From: Minisyncoccota bacterium
Lineage (GTDB): Bacteria > Patescibacteriota > Minisyncoccia > Phycocordibacterales > UBA9973
Length of the DNA: 56,528 bases
Assembly: GCA_041662525.1 (NCBI GenBank)
Contig: JBAZSF010000005.1
Span: 1-56,528, forward strand
Direction of reading: 5' to 3'
Shown: in pieces, positions 35,520-45,365 of the stretch
Layout of the letters: each line of letters starts with the position of its first letter
Position numbering within the stretch: the first letter of the stretch is position 1
Notes under the pieces: model-generated
What the model saw: the letters and a program-made list of their open reading frames with translations, nothing else
Told to the model about the DNA's origin: nothing
Databases searched by the model: none
Translations under genes and position numbers: made by a program

Positions 35520-35596
35520 CCCAGTACTAAAATTTTAAGTTTTTATTTTTAATGGTCATTTATTTTAATCAAAAATTTAGTACGGGACAGGTTTTT

Positions 35597-37624
35597 TTAT
35601 ACACTCAATATCACAGGTATAACTAATGGTCTTTTAGCTGTTTTTTGATATAAGAATTTTGAGATGTTTTCTCCTAAATTTGCTTTGATTATATCAAAAT
35701 TTACCATATTTCCATTTTGTGCGGATGCTACAGGCATTTTTGTCGTTATATTTTCTATGCCATTTTTAATAATTATTCTTACTTGGCGTAAAAGTTCTTG
35801 ATTTTCTTTTAAATAGACAAAGCCACGTGAAATCAAATCTGGAGACTTTTTTAATTTTCCAGTTTTTTGGTCAATGAGAGCGATAATAACAAACATTCCA
35901 TCTTGGGCGAGCATGACTCTGTCACGGATCACTATGTCTTGGGTGTCACTAATAGAAGCTCCATCTACTAACATAGCACCGCTTGGCGCGCGTTCTTTTC
36001 GCACAATCATTTTTTGTCCATCAGCAGATATTTCAATGACTGAGCCATTATCTGGGACAATTATATTTTCTTCTAGCATACCCCATTCTATTGCTAGTTC
36101 TTTGTGTTTTTCAAGAAAAGAATGGTGTCCATGAATTGGTATAAAGAATTTTGGATGAGTTTTTCTATGTAGCCATTTTACGTCTTCTTGGTTGCCGTGT
36201 CCTGTGGCGTGGACGAAATCCTCTCCAGCTGTTCGGTAGCTAATAACTTTTACACCTTGGCGAGAAAGGGCATCTTTCATCTTTTGGACTTGGAGTTCGT
36301 TACCTGGAACAACCGAGGCAGAAAGTATTATTGTGTCTCCTTTTTGTAAAGAGAATTTTGTATTTGATTTATTAGCAGCACGATTGAGCGCGGCAAATTC
36401 TTCTCCTTGCGCGCCTGTCATCAAAACGACGACTTTATTTGGGGGATAATTATTTGCTTCTTCTAGCGGAATTATTGTACCTTTTTTAGGAGTAAAGAAT
36501 CCGGCTTCAATAGCTACTTCAATATTTGTTTTCATAGATCTTCCATCCATGGCTACTTTTTTACCGAGCATTTCTGCTGTTTTTACAACATGAGCTAGAC
36601 GTGTGATGTGTGAGGAAAAAGCGGCAATAATTATTCGTCCAGGAATTTTCTTAATTAAATTTTCTAATCCCTGATGTACTTTTATTTCTGGCAAAGAAAA
36701 TCCTTCGTGTTCAATATTAGTAGAATCCGTCATCAATAAAAGTACTTTTGCTTTATCAAAAATCGAATACTCTTTTTCTTCTTCTTTGGAAACAATTCCA
36801 TCTACTTGATCAAGTTTGTAATCTCCAGGAGTGACGATCCATCCATGTGGTGTTTCTATAATTATCCCCATTGAATCTGGTATAGTGTGCGTAACACCAA
36901 AGAATCTAATTTTTATTTTTCCGCAGGTTATCACAGAATCTTTTTCAACAATATTTTCTTTCATAGGGGGTAGATGGGGGGATTCTGCCTGCCGTTTTTT
37001 CATCATCAGCATTGAAAGTTTTCTAGAATATACAGGAGGATTTCCTATACGTGAAAGAACCAATGGTACCCCTCCGATATGATCCAAGTGTCCATGAGTA
37101 ATTATCAAGGCCCGTATCTTTTCTTTACGTTCTTCCAGATATGTTGTATTTGGAATAACGTAATCAACCCCAGGGGTTAATTCATTTGAAAAATGCATTC
37201 CAGCATCTATCACGATGATATCATCACCGATTTCTATTGCTGTCATGTTTTTGCCGATTTCTTCTACTCCACCAAGTGGAATAATACGAATCACATTTTT
37301 TTCTACTGGTGGAATTTTCTCATTTAAAATTTTGTTTTGGTTTTTTATTCCGAAAGGGCGGGGTCTAGGGCTTTTACCAAATTTTTTTTGAGTATATTGA
37401 TAGGTAGAACTTTTTATCATCTTTTTTCTATGTTCCCCGCCTATCGATTGGCGGACAGGTCCATTTACATAATTAGGCTTGCTAGAATTGCGTCCTGTTA
37501 CACTTTGGGTGAGGGTAGTGTCATGGGTGGGTATTTTGTTTTCTTTCTTGTCCCCGCCTGCTCCTGTAGGGCGGGCAGGTTCAATCTTAAGTGAGGAAAA
37601 AGAAAGTCTTGTTTTTTTTATCAT
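35597..37624 (-). CDS. rnj: Ribonuclease J with a long low-complexity N-terminal extension
   Basis: IPLGGVEEIGKN, THGHLDHIGG, HTIPDS, HATGHG, PIHG, PDLISRGFVY. Confidence 0.95.
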   Translation of the reverse strand: MIKKTRLSFSSLKIEPARPTGAGGDKKENKIPTHDTTLTQSVTGRNSSKPNYVNGPVRQSIGGEHRKKMIKSSTYQYTQKKFGKSPRPRPFGIKNQNKILNEKIPPVEKNVIRIIPLGGVEEIGKNMTAIEIGDDIIVIDAGMHFSNELTPGVDYVIPNTTYLEERKEKIRALIITHGHLDHIGGVPLVLSRIGNPPVYSRKLSMLMMKKRQAESPHLPPMKENIVEKDSVITCGKIKIRFFGVTHTIPDSMGIIIETPHGWIVTPGDYKLDQVDGIVSKEEEKEYSIFDKAKVLLLMTDSTNIEHEGFSLPEIKVHQGLENLIKKIPGRIIIAAFSSHITRLAHVVKTAEMLGKKVAMDGRSMKTNIEVAIEAGFFTPKKGTIIPLEEANNYPPNKVVVLMTGAQGEEFAALNRAANKSNTKFSLQKGDTIILSASVVPGNELQVQKMKDALSRQGVKVISYRTAGEDFVHATGHGNQEDVKWLHRKTHPKFFIPIHGHHSFLEKHKELAIEWGMLEENIIVPDNGSVIEISADGQKMIVRKERAPSGAMLVDGASISDTQDIVIRDRVMLAQDGMFVIIALIDQKTGKLKKSPDLISRGFVYLKENQELLRQVRIIIKNGIENITTKMPVASAQNGNMVNFDIIKANLGENISKFLYQKTAKRPLVIPVILSV
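37436..37459 (-). repeat. Family A insert, in frame in rnj (PVRQSIGG)
   Basis: Minus strand CCTGTCCGCC-aatcgata-GGCGGG. Confidence 0.8.
37553..37579 (-). repeat. Family A insert, in frame in rnj (PARPTGAGG)
   Basis: Minus strand CCTGCCCGCCCT-aca-GGAGCAGGCGGG. Confidence 0.9.
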
Positions 37625-37637
37625 AAGTGATTTTGTT

Positions 37638-39392
37638 TTATCTATTGAATATTTTCCAAATGTTTTCTGTTTCAGAGAACCATGAATGTATGTTTGAAAA
37701 ACGATCAGCGGGTGAATTAATGTGATTAATAGAAAGACCTTTTAAATTTTTTGATATTACATAAATAAAATTAGGACTATAAAGGAAAATTGCTGGTATG
37801 TCTTTTTTGATTTCATCTTCAAATTGCGCGTATTTTTTTATTCTAGATTGTTCATTGATAGTGATAGAAGCATCCTCTAATATTTTATCTACTTTTGTAT
37901 TGGCATACATCGCGACGTTGAGACCAGGGTCTTTTCGTTGTGATGAATGCCAAAAAGCAGATAAATCAGATTCGTTATTTACAATTTGTCCAAACAATAG
38001 TGCATCATAATCACGTGGACGAATTACGCCTTGATTTAAATTACCAATCTCAAAAGTTTTTATGTCAACTTTCATTCCGATTTTTGCTAGATCTTGTTTG
38101 ATTATTTCGGCAGTTTTCGTGAGCTCTTCTGCATTTCCTGTAGAGATAGAAAATTCTAAGGTAGTAGTAGTTTTCTTTTTGTTTTTATCAGTTATTGTTT
38201 TTTGTAAAAATCCATCTGGACCTTTTGACCAGCCATCTTTCTTTAAACTATCTTGTACATTTTGCAAGATAAGTTCACGAGAAGAATTATTGTCTGCAGA
38301 CAATCTTTGGTAAGCAATCATATTAGGCGGGATAGGGTCGTCTATAGCCACTCCATATCCAAAAAGAACTTCTCGGACTATTTTATCTTTATCTATAGCT
38401 TGGTCGATTGCTTTTGTGATGACTTTGTTAGCAAAAAGAATATTTTTATTTTGATTAAAGAAAAGCCCGAATATTCTTGGGAGCACCGAAGAGTCTATTT
38501 GATAATTTCTTTCTTTTAAAATATCCGCGTTTAAAGGAGTGATAGAGCTTATCTGTTCTACTATGCCATCTTCGAGTGCGCTGATAAGAGCTTCTTCGTT
38601 TGAATAAAAATGTAAACTTATTTTTTTAATATATGGCTCACCCAATATAAATTTATCAAATGATTCTAATTCATAAGAATTTATGACCCCCGAGGATTCT
38701 TTAACGACACTTTTTATAAAATAAGGTCCAGAGCCGACAGGAGAAGTGTTTGCATTATTTAGTTCTATAGAAGAATTATTCCATAGGTGTTGGGGCATTA
38801 TTCCAAGTGTTAAATTTTCTAAAAATGATGGAAAGGGTTTTTTTAAGGAAAATTCTATAGTCTTTTCATCTATTTTTATTGCATTTATACCATCAAACTC
38901 TATTTTTAGCGGACTTTTCATAATCGGATCTTTTATCTCATTTATAGTAAATATAATATCATCCACCGTAACAGGTTTTCCGTCTTGAAAATATATTTTG
39001 TCCTTTAAAGTAAATGTATAATTTAAACCATCAGTAGACATTTCATATTTTTCTGCCAAGTCTGGAGAAAATGTACCATCAGGATTTTTTCTCATTAAGC
39101 CAGAATAAATAAGGGAGACGAGGTCAAGATCAGCAGGGGAGTTTGCTAGTATCGGGTTTATAAAACGAGGAGTACCGATAATGCCTTCAGAAATAGATCC
39201 TCCGTGAAGTGGCACGGTTACCATCAAAGATTTATTTATGCTCTCCAGTATTGAAATAGTGCTTATTAAGAAAGTTAAAAATAAGACAATAAAAATAATT
39301 TGTTCTTTTTTTGAGAACGTGTTGAAAATTGAATTGATTTCGTCTTTTTTAGGCAATTTAAAATTGCGAATGCGACTATATAAATTTTGCAT
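37638..39392 (-). CDS. Family 5 ABC-transporter peptide-binding protein
   Basis: INPILA, PDLAEKYEMS.DG..YTFTLK, DGKPVTVDDI, GSGPY. Confidence 0.9.
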   Translation of the reverse strand: MQNLYSRIRNFKLPKKDEINSIFNTFSKKEQIIFIVLFLTFLISTISILESINKSLMVTVPLHGGSISEGIIGTPRFINPILANSPADLDLVSLIYSGLMRKNPDGTFSPDLAEKYEMSTDGLNYTFTLKDKIYFQDGKPVTVDDIIFTINEIKDPIMKSPLKIEFDGINAIKIDEKTIEFSLKKPFPSFLENLTLGIMPQHLWNNSSIELNNANTSPVGSGPYFIKSVVKESSGVINSYELESFDKFILGEPYIKKISLHFYSNEEALISALEDGIVEQISSITPLNADILKERNYQIDSSVLPRIFGLFFNQNKNILFANKVITKAIDQAIDKDKIVREVLFGYGVAIDDPIPPNMIAYQRLSADNNSSRELILQNVQDSLKKDGWSKGPDGFLQKTITDKNKKKTTTTLEFSISTGNAEELTKTAEIIKQDLAKIGMKVDIKTFEIGNLNQGVIRPRDYDALLFGQIVNNESDLSAFWHSSQRKDPGLNVAMYANTKVDKILEDASITINEQSRIKKYAQFEDEIKKDIPAIFLYSPNFIYVISKNLKGLSINHINSPADRFSNIHSWFSETENIWKIFNR

Positions 39393-39449
39393 GTGTGATA
39401 TAAAACGAAGAAGACAAAAGGATAAACAAAAGAAATATATTAACTCAAA

Positions 39450-39692
39450 TTAACTATTGGCTTTTATTATTATACTGAGTAGAGCAAATAAAGCAAAGAG
39501 AATTCCACAAACAAGGGATAAGTAAAAAAGAAACTTTTCAAAGCCTCGGCGAGTGTGATGAAAGGATTCTGTATCCCCTCCACCCAAAGCGCCACCTAAA
39601 CCTGCAGCAGATTGCTGAAGTAAAATCGCTGTTACTAGTATTACTGAAAGAATGATCTGCGCATAAGGCAGAATCTTCGCTACTAAATTCAT
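39450..39692 (-). CDS. secG: Preprotein translocase subunit SecG
   Basis: ILLQQSAAGLGGALGG...TRRGFEKFL. Confidence 0.9.
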   Translation of the reverse strand: MNLVAKILPYAQIILSVILVTAILLQQSAAGLGGALGGGDTESFHHTRRGFEKFLFYLSLVCGILFALFALLSIIIKANS

Positions 39693-39737
39693 AGAGTGAT
39701 TATCGCATATTAGAACTCAAAAGGCAAATACAAATGC

Positions 39738-39766
39738 TTGACAAATACCCTAAGGGGGTATATACT
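39738..39766 (+). promoter_or_regulatory. csoR-copA promoter with a CsoR operator
   Basis: TTGACA 39738-39743, 17 nt, TATACT 39761-39766; ATACCC-TAAGG-GGGTAT 39745-39761. Confidence 0.88.
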
Positions 39767-39772
39767 TCAGAT

Positions 39773-40036
39773 ATGCAAAAAAGTAAACAGAAATTAATTA
39801 ATCGGCTTAAAATAATTGAAGGGCAGATACGAGGTTTGCAGAATATGATTGAGAAAGATATCTATTGTATTGATGTCATTACTCAAACCTCGGCAGTGAA
39901 ACAGGCTTTGTCTTCTATTGAAGATGTTTTGATGGAGAACCATTTAGGTACTTGTTTAGTTCATCAAATAAAAAAAGGTGAAACCTCTAAGGCCACTAAA
40001 GAAATGTTAAAAGTTTATCAACTAAAAAGAAAGTAA
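39773..40036 (+). CDS. csoR: CsoR-family metal-sensing repressor
   Basis: RLKIIEGQIRGL, YCIDV, HLGTC (Cys-His-Cys ligand set); start re-assigned to 39773. Confidence 0.92.
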   Translation: MQKSKQKLINRLKIIEGQIRGLQNMIEKDIYCIDVITQTSAVKQALSSIEDVLMENHLGTCLVHQIKKGETSKATKEMLKVYQLKRK

Positions 40037-40054
40037 AAAAGTTTTAATAAAATT

Positions 40055-42367
40055 ATGCAAAAAGAAACATATCAAATAAAAGGAATGCATTGTGCCTCAT
40101 GTGCCAGTATTATAGAAAGAACTGTTAAAAAAATTGATGGCGTGGAAGATGTTTCAGTTTCTAGTGGTATGGAAAATGCCAAGGTGTCTTTTGATGCTAC
40201 TAAGACAAATCCAGCATCTTTTAATGAAAAACTAAAACCGCTCGGTTATTCTTTTGTCATTCAACAAACGGCAGAGGAAATGGGCATGAGCGAAAGTGAA
40301 CATGCGGAGCATTTGGGACTTAATCAAACAAAAAAAGAAAAACTGGAAGAACTAAAAGATATGCGAAATAAGCTTTATTCTCTTATTCCTATTGTAATCA
40401 TAAGTATTTTTGTCATGAGTTATGATATTTTTGCAGAATTGAATTGGATACCTCCTATGTCCATTATTTGGAGTAAATTTTTCATGCATCTTTTGCCAAT
40501 CCTCGCCACTTATACTTTGTTTGTAGTAGGCAAACCATATTTGCTCGGCTTATATCGTTTCTTGCGTTATGGAAAAGCGAATATGGATACTCTCATTGGT
40601 CTCGGTACCTCTGTCGCGATGTTCTATAGTTTTATTCTCGATGCTTTCGAGACAAGCCTGGAACCTTTTTTAAATGTTGATCAAAGTTATTATGACGTGG
40701 CTATTGTGGTTATTGCTTTTATCACTCTTGGAAAATATTTAGAAACACGTTCAAAATTAAAAACTGGTGATGCGATAGAAAAGCTTTTAAATCTACAAGC
40801 AAAGACTGCCTTGGTTATTAGAGAAGAAAAAGAGGTTGAGGTATCAATAGATCAAGTAGTTCACGGAGATATAATAGTAGTAAAACCAGGAACAAAAATT
40901 CCTGTGGATGGAGTCGTTGTGACAGGCTCTTCTTATGTGGATGAGTCTATGGTCACGGGCGAGCCGATGCCAGTGGAAAAAAAAGAAGGAGATAGTGTAG
41001 TGTCAGGAACAATAAACACAAATGGATCTTTTACCTTTAGGGCGACAAAAATAGGAGGGGAGACACTTCTGGCACATATTGTAAAAATGGTGGAGGAGGC
41101 GCAGAGTAGTAAAGCGCCCATTCAAGCATTAGCTGATAAAATCTCAAGTGTTTTTGTGCCTGTTGTTTTAGGGATTGCATTTGTTGCTTTGATATTATGG
41201 CTTATTATAGGTACGCAATATTTAGGATTTTCTCAAGCTCTTTCCTTTGGTTTAGTTTCTTTTGTGGGCATACTTATCATTGCTTGTCCGTGTGCACTCG
41301 GCTTGGCGACGCCGACAGCTATAATCGTGGGTGTAGGCAAGGGAGCAAAAGAAGGAATTCTTATTAAAGATGCGGCCACTCTTCAAAAGCTCTATGAAGT
41401 AAATACAGTAGTTATTGATAAAACTGGGACATTAACTTTTGGAAAACCCGAGCTTTCTTCAATCAATAACTTTTCAAATAAAACTGACGATGAACTCGTT
41501 CTGATTCTCGCTTCATTAGAAAATAAATCAGAGCATCCTATTGCTAGTGCAGTTATTAATTATGTCAAAGATCCTACAAGGGCTAAAGAAAAAAATATTA
41601 AAATTGAAGAAGTAAACAATTTTGAAATTATTAAAGGGAAAGGGTTGAAGGGAATAATTGACGGAGTAGAATATTTTGCTGGTAATACTAAATTAATCAC
41701 TGATCTTGGTTTATCTTTTGATAAAGATGTATTAGAAAAAGAAACATTGGAAGGCAAAACGCCGGTAATTCTTGCTGATAAAAATAAAGTACTTGGTATA
41801 TTTATGATAGCGGATACGATAAAACCTGAAGCCATAGAAGCAGTGAAGAATTTACACAAACTTGGTATAAAAATCGTGATGCTTTCAGGCGATAATAAAA
41901 ATACAGCAGAATATATCGCAAAACTTGTAGGTATTGATGAGGTGGTGGCAGAGTCGATGCCTGAAGATAAATTAAATAAAATAAAGGAACTTCAATCGGA
42001 GGGGAATATTGTAGCTATGGCAGGAGACGGAGTAAATGATGCTCCAGCGCTTGCCCAAGCAGATGTAGGCATAGCGATGGCTACTGGTACCGATGTGGCT
42101 ATAGAAAGTGCTGGTATTACTCTTCTGGGCGGGGATATCTCAAAGATTGTCAAAGCCATTAATCTATCAAAAATAACAATGCGGGGGATAAAACAAAATC
42201 TTTTTTGGGCTTTTGTGTATAATATAGTAGGTATCCCCTTAGCAGCTGGATTATTTTATCCATTATTCGGTTGGTTATTAAATCCAGTATTCGCAGGTTT
42301 TGCTATGGCGATGTCGAGCGTGTCCGTGGTCGGAAATTCATTACGTATTAAAAGTAAAAAAATATAA
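40055..42367 (+). CDS. copA: Copper-translocating P1B-type ATPase
   Basis: GMHCASC HMA motif, [32 protein letters not shown]...MAMSS. Confidence 0.95.
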   Translation: MQKETYQIKGMHCASCASIIERTVKKIDGVEDVSVSSGMENAKVSFDATKTNPASFNEKLKPLGYSFVIQQTAEEMGMSESEHAEHLGLNQTKKEKLEELKDMRNKLYSLIPIVIISIFVMSYDIFAELNWIPPMSIIWSKFFMHLLPILATYTLFVVGKPYLLGLYRFLRYGKANMDTLIGLGTSVAMFYSFILDAFETSLEPFLNVDQSYYDVAIVVIAFITLGKYLETRSKLKTGDAIEKLLNLQAKTALVIREEKEVEVSIDQVVHGDIIVVKPGTKIPVDGVVVTGSSYVDESMVTGEPMPVEKKEGDSVVSGTINTNGSFTFRATKIGGETLLAHIVKMVEEAQSSKAPIQALADKISSVFVPVVLGIAFVALILWLIIGTQYLGFSQALSFGLVSFVGILIIACPCALGLATPTAIIVGVGKGAKEGILIKDAATLQKLYEVNTVVIDKTGTLTFGKPELSSINNFSNKTDDELVLILASLENKSEHPIASAVINYVKDPTRAKEKNIKIEEVNNFEIIKGKGLKGIIDGVEYFAGNTKLITDLGLSFDKDVLEKETLEGKTPVILADKNKVLGIFMIADTIKPEAIEAVKNLHKLGIKIVMLSGDNKNTAEYIAKLVGIDEVVAESMPEDKLNKIKELQSEGNIVAMAGDGVNDAPALAQADVGIAMATGTDVAIESAGITLLGGDISKIVKAINLSKITMRGIKQNLFWAFVYNIVGIPLAAGLFYPLFGWLLNPVFAGFAMAMSSVSVVGNSLRIKSKKI

Positions 42368-42451
42368 GCGTCGCGCTTTAAGTCGCATTTTAAAGGAGAA
42401 TGCGACATGATTCATCAGAATCAATTGCGCGACATAATTTCGTTAAATCAT

Positions 42452-43483
42452 ATGAAAAAATATACATTTCATGTTTCAGGAACTCATTGTGCATCTTGTA
42501 AAATCTTAATTGAAGATATTTTGATGGATTCGAAAAGCTCACCACAAGAAGAGCAGATTGTTAAAAGTGTCAAAGTTGATCTAAAAAAAGAAATTGTAGA
42601 GATAGAAACTGACAGTGAAAAGAATCCCGAAGAACTTGCTCAAATTCTTACAAGTAAAACAGAAACAAACGGTTATACGTTCTCGGTTGAGAAAACAATT
42701 CAGGAAAATAGAAGTGATGATGTTATTTGGAAAGCTATACCCATTGGACTTGTTTTTGTGGTGTTATTTTTTCTTCTACAAAAGTCTGGAATTCTTAATT
42801 TGAGTTTTGGTAGTACCATTACACCGACGACTAGTTTTATGATTGGAATTGTTGCTTCGCTTTCTAGTTGTTTAGCGGTCGTGGGTGGTTTGATTCTTTC
42901 ATTATCAGCGAAAATATCTCAAGACGATAATGGTAAAGTCAAAAAGCCCTTGATCTTATTTCATATTGGGAGATTGGTTAGTTTTGCTGTGCTTGGTGGG
43001 ATGCTCGGGTTCCTTGGAAAGGAGATAGGTATTAGTTTTATTTTTTCTACGATACTTGGACTTCTTGCTTCAATTGTAATGCTTTTGCTTGGTATCAATT
43101 TACTTGGAATTTTAAAGAAAAATATTTTTACCTTACCGGGTAATATATTTTCTTTTTTTAGAAAAGTGGAACATGCCACCCTTGCTCCTATTCTTGTTGG
43201 TATAGGAACGTTTTTCTTGCCTTGTGGCTTTACGCAAGCGATGCAAATTACAGCGCTTTCTAGCGGATCATTTATGTCGGGGTTGCTTATTATGTTTGCA
43301 TTTGCGCTTGGTACATTACCCGTCTTAGCATTATTATCATTTAGCTCAGTATCATTTGTTCATTCTAAATATGCTCCTCTTTTTTTCAAATCAGCTGGAG
43401 TGGTAGTGATTGTTCTTGCTTTGTTTAATCTTATTAATAGCTTGGTGGTTATAGGTCTTATTCCGCCCTTATTCAACTTCTAG
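42452..43483 (+). CDS. HMA domain fused to a DsbD_2/TauE-like membrane domain
   Basis: GTHCASC; SSCLAVVGG; FLPCGFTQ; FALGTLP. An alternative start at 42407 has an SD. Confidence 0.85.
   Translation: MKKYTFHVSGTHCASCKILIEDILMDSKSSPQEEQIVKSVKVDLKKEIVEIETDSEKNPEELAQILTSKTETNGYTFSVEKTIQENRSDDVIWKAIPIGLVFVVLFFLLQKSGILNLSFGSTITPTTSFMIGIVASLSSCLAVVGGLILSLSAKISQDDNGKVKKPLILFHIGRLVSFAVLGGMLGFLGKEIGISFIFSTILGLLASIVMLLLGINLLGILKKNIFTLPGNIFSFFRKVEHATLAPILVGIGTFFLPCGFTQAMQITALSSGSFMSGLLIMFAFALGTLPVLALLSFSSVSFVHSKYAPLFFKSAGVVVIVLALFNLINSLVVIGLIPPLFNF
42529..42548 (+). repeat. Family E insert, in frame in the HMA domain
   Basis: TTCGAAAAGCTCACCACAAG within MDSKSSPQEE. Confidence 0.55.
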
Positions 43484-43529
43484 CTTAACTTTTTGATTAT
43501 AATTTTAATTTAAAAATCACAAATATACC

Positions 43530-43919
43530 ATGAAAAAAATATCAATATCAATTTTAATAGCATTAGCGCTTATAGTAGCAGCCTTTATGATTGCGAAAGG
43601 AGGAGAGAGAGCACCGGTATCTAATAATGAAAACAATGTTTCTGTTGTGGACGGGAAACAAATTATAGATCTAACGGCAGTGGGGGGTTATTCTCCAGAA
43701 AAAAGCGTTGCCAAAGCTGGCATCCCTACTACCTTGCGATTTAACACAAATGGAACATTTGATTGTTCATCATCAGTGCGGATTCCATCCTTAAATGTGA
43801 GTAAAAATTTAGCACCAGCAGGAATTACAGAGATTGATTTAGGAATTCCTAAAGAGGGAATTATGCGAGGAAGTTGCAGTATGGGTATGTATCCTTTTGA
43901 AATTGATTTTCAAAATTAA
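43530..43919 (+). CDS. Cupredoxin-like domain protein
   Basis: GGYSP, FDCSSSVRIP, GSCSMGMY. Confidence 0.85.
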   Translation: MKKISISILIALALIVAAFMIAKGGERAPVSNNENNVSVVDGKQIIDLTAVGGYSPEKSVAKAGIPTTLRFNTNGTFDCSSSVRIPSLNVSKNLAPAGITEIDLGIPKEGIMRGSCSMGMYPFEIDFQN

Positions 43920-43930
43920 AATAAAAAAAT

Positions 43931-43962
43931 AAGGCGCTATTCTCCTGAGAGGTTAGCGCCTT
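43931..43962. terminator. Bidirectional terminator
   Basis: AAGGCGCTA...TAGCGCCTT between convergent genes. Confidence 0.7.
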
Positions 43963-43982
43963 TGATTACTGGTGTGCAGATT

Positions 43983-44339
43983 TTACAAAAGTTTTGAAAC
44001 AGCTTTGGTGAAATCTTCTATCCTAAAAGGCTTGATGATAAAATCATCAACCTTCAGGCCAGGTGGGAATTCGTGACCGAAGAACGATCCGGTCACCATT
44101 ATGATCTTCGTCGTCTCCGATTCCTCACGAATAAATTTCGCGAGCTTAATACCGTCCACCTTCGGCATCAAGTAATCTAGAATGACTAAGTCAATGTTAT
44201 TATTAAATTTTAACATTGCCTCAGCACCATCCTCTGCTTCAGTTATCAGCAGATTATTTTTTTTGAATATGGTTTCCAAAAGACTAATCATCAGCTTTCT
44301 TATACTTTGATCGTCATCAGCCACTAATATTTTCTTCAT
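43983..44339 (-). CDS. Single-domain response regulator
   Basis: ILVADDD, ILDYLMP.VDG, MVTG, IIKPF; strong AAAGGAGG SD. Confidence 0.92.
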   Translation of the reverse strand: MKKILVADDDQSIRKLMISLLETIFKKNNLLITEAEDGAEAMLKFNNNIDLVILDYLMPKVDGIKLAKFIREESETTKIIMVTGSFFGHEFPPGLKVDDFIIKPFRIEDFTKAVSKLL

Positions 44340-44539
44340 TTTATTATCCCCCTCCTTTGGATATATTCTTAAAAATTTATTCAGATTTCAAAAATCAATT
44401 AGTTAGTAGACACTAAAAAGCGCCTTTTCCCTTTCTATGAATTCTAAAGCGAGATCATTAAAAGATTATGAATAGTCAATATTAATTGTTAATAAGTACT
44501 TAAACTGACTTTTTAGATTTTTTCTGCTATATTTTCTTT

Positions 44540-45361
44540 ATGTCTAAACTTCAAATAGGAATTGTGGGTTTGCCAAATGTGGGAAAGTCCACGCTTTTTA
44601 ATGCCCTGACCAAGAAAGGTGTGCCGGCAGAAAATTATCCTTTTTGTACGATTGATCCGTCGGTCGGTATTGTACCGGTGCCAGATGAACGCCTAACTAA
44701 GCTTTCAGAAATTAGTAAATCAAAAAAAACTATTCCGGCTGTGGTGGAGTTTGTGGATATCGCAGGATTAGTCAAAGGAGCGAGTACTGGGGCTGGACTC
44801 GGTAATAAATTTCTTTCGCATATTCGCGAGGTGGACGCTATCATTGAAGTAGTGCGAATTTTTGAAGACAAGGATATGATTCATGTGCATGACAAGATCG
44901 ACCCCCTTTTTGATATTGAAGTTATAAATTTTGAACTCGAACAAGCTGGAATAAAAAAGCCGACGCTGTATGTTTTAAATACTTCTGAAGTTGCGGATAA
45001 TGTCAAAAAAGATTTTGTTTCGAAATTACCAGGACCGCACCTTGAAGTTGATGCCATCTTTGGTACTGGATTAGATGCTCTCATAAAAGCCAGTTACGAT
45101 TTATTAAATTTAATAACTTTTTTTACCACGGGAGAAGATGAATCACGGGCATGGACTACACTTCGTGGAGCATCTGCGCCTTTTGCTGGTCGTTCTATTC
45201 ATACAGATTTTCAACAGAAGTTTATCCGCGCGGAAGTGGTATCTTATGACCAACTAATAGAAGCTGGTTCTTTTGCTAAGGCTCGAGAAAAAGGCTGGGT
45301 CCGTACCGAAGGTAAAGAATACATAGTCAAAGATGGGGACGTGATAGAATTTTTGATTTAA
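44540..45361 (+). CDS. ychF: YchF/Ola1 ATPase lacking the helical insertion domain
   Basis: GLPNVGKST, NYPFCTI, DIAGL, TGS domain GKEYIVKDGD; only 273 aa. Confidence 0.93.
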   Translation: MSKLQIGIVGLPNVGKSTLFNALTKKGVPAENYPFCTIDPSVGIVPVPDERLTKLSEISKSKKTIPAVVEFVDIAGLVKGASTGAGLGNKFLSHIREVDAIIEVVRIFEDKDMIHVHDKIDPLFDIEVINFELEQAGIKKPTLYVLNTSEVADNVKKDFVSKLPGPHLEVDAIFGTGLDALIKASYDLLNLITFFTTGEDESRAWTTLRGASAPFAGRSIHTDFQQKFIRAEVVSYDQLIEAGSFAKAREKGWVRTEGKEYIVKDGDVIEFLI

Positions 45362-45365
45362 TTTT

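Noticed and set aside
41564-41581. VKDPTR in CopA as a repeat-derived insert
   Set aside because: It looks like extra residues, but the DNA has only a 3-bp stem and matches no family here.
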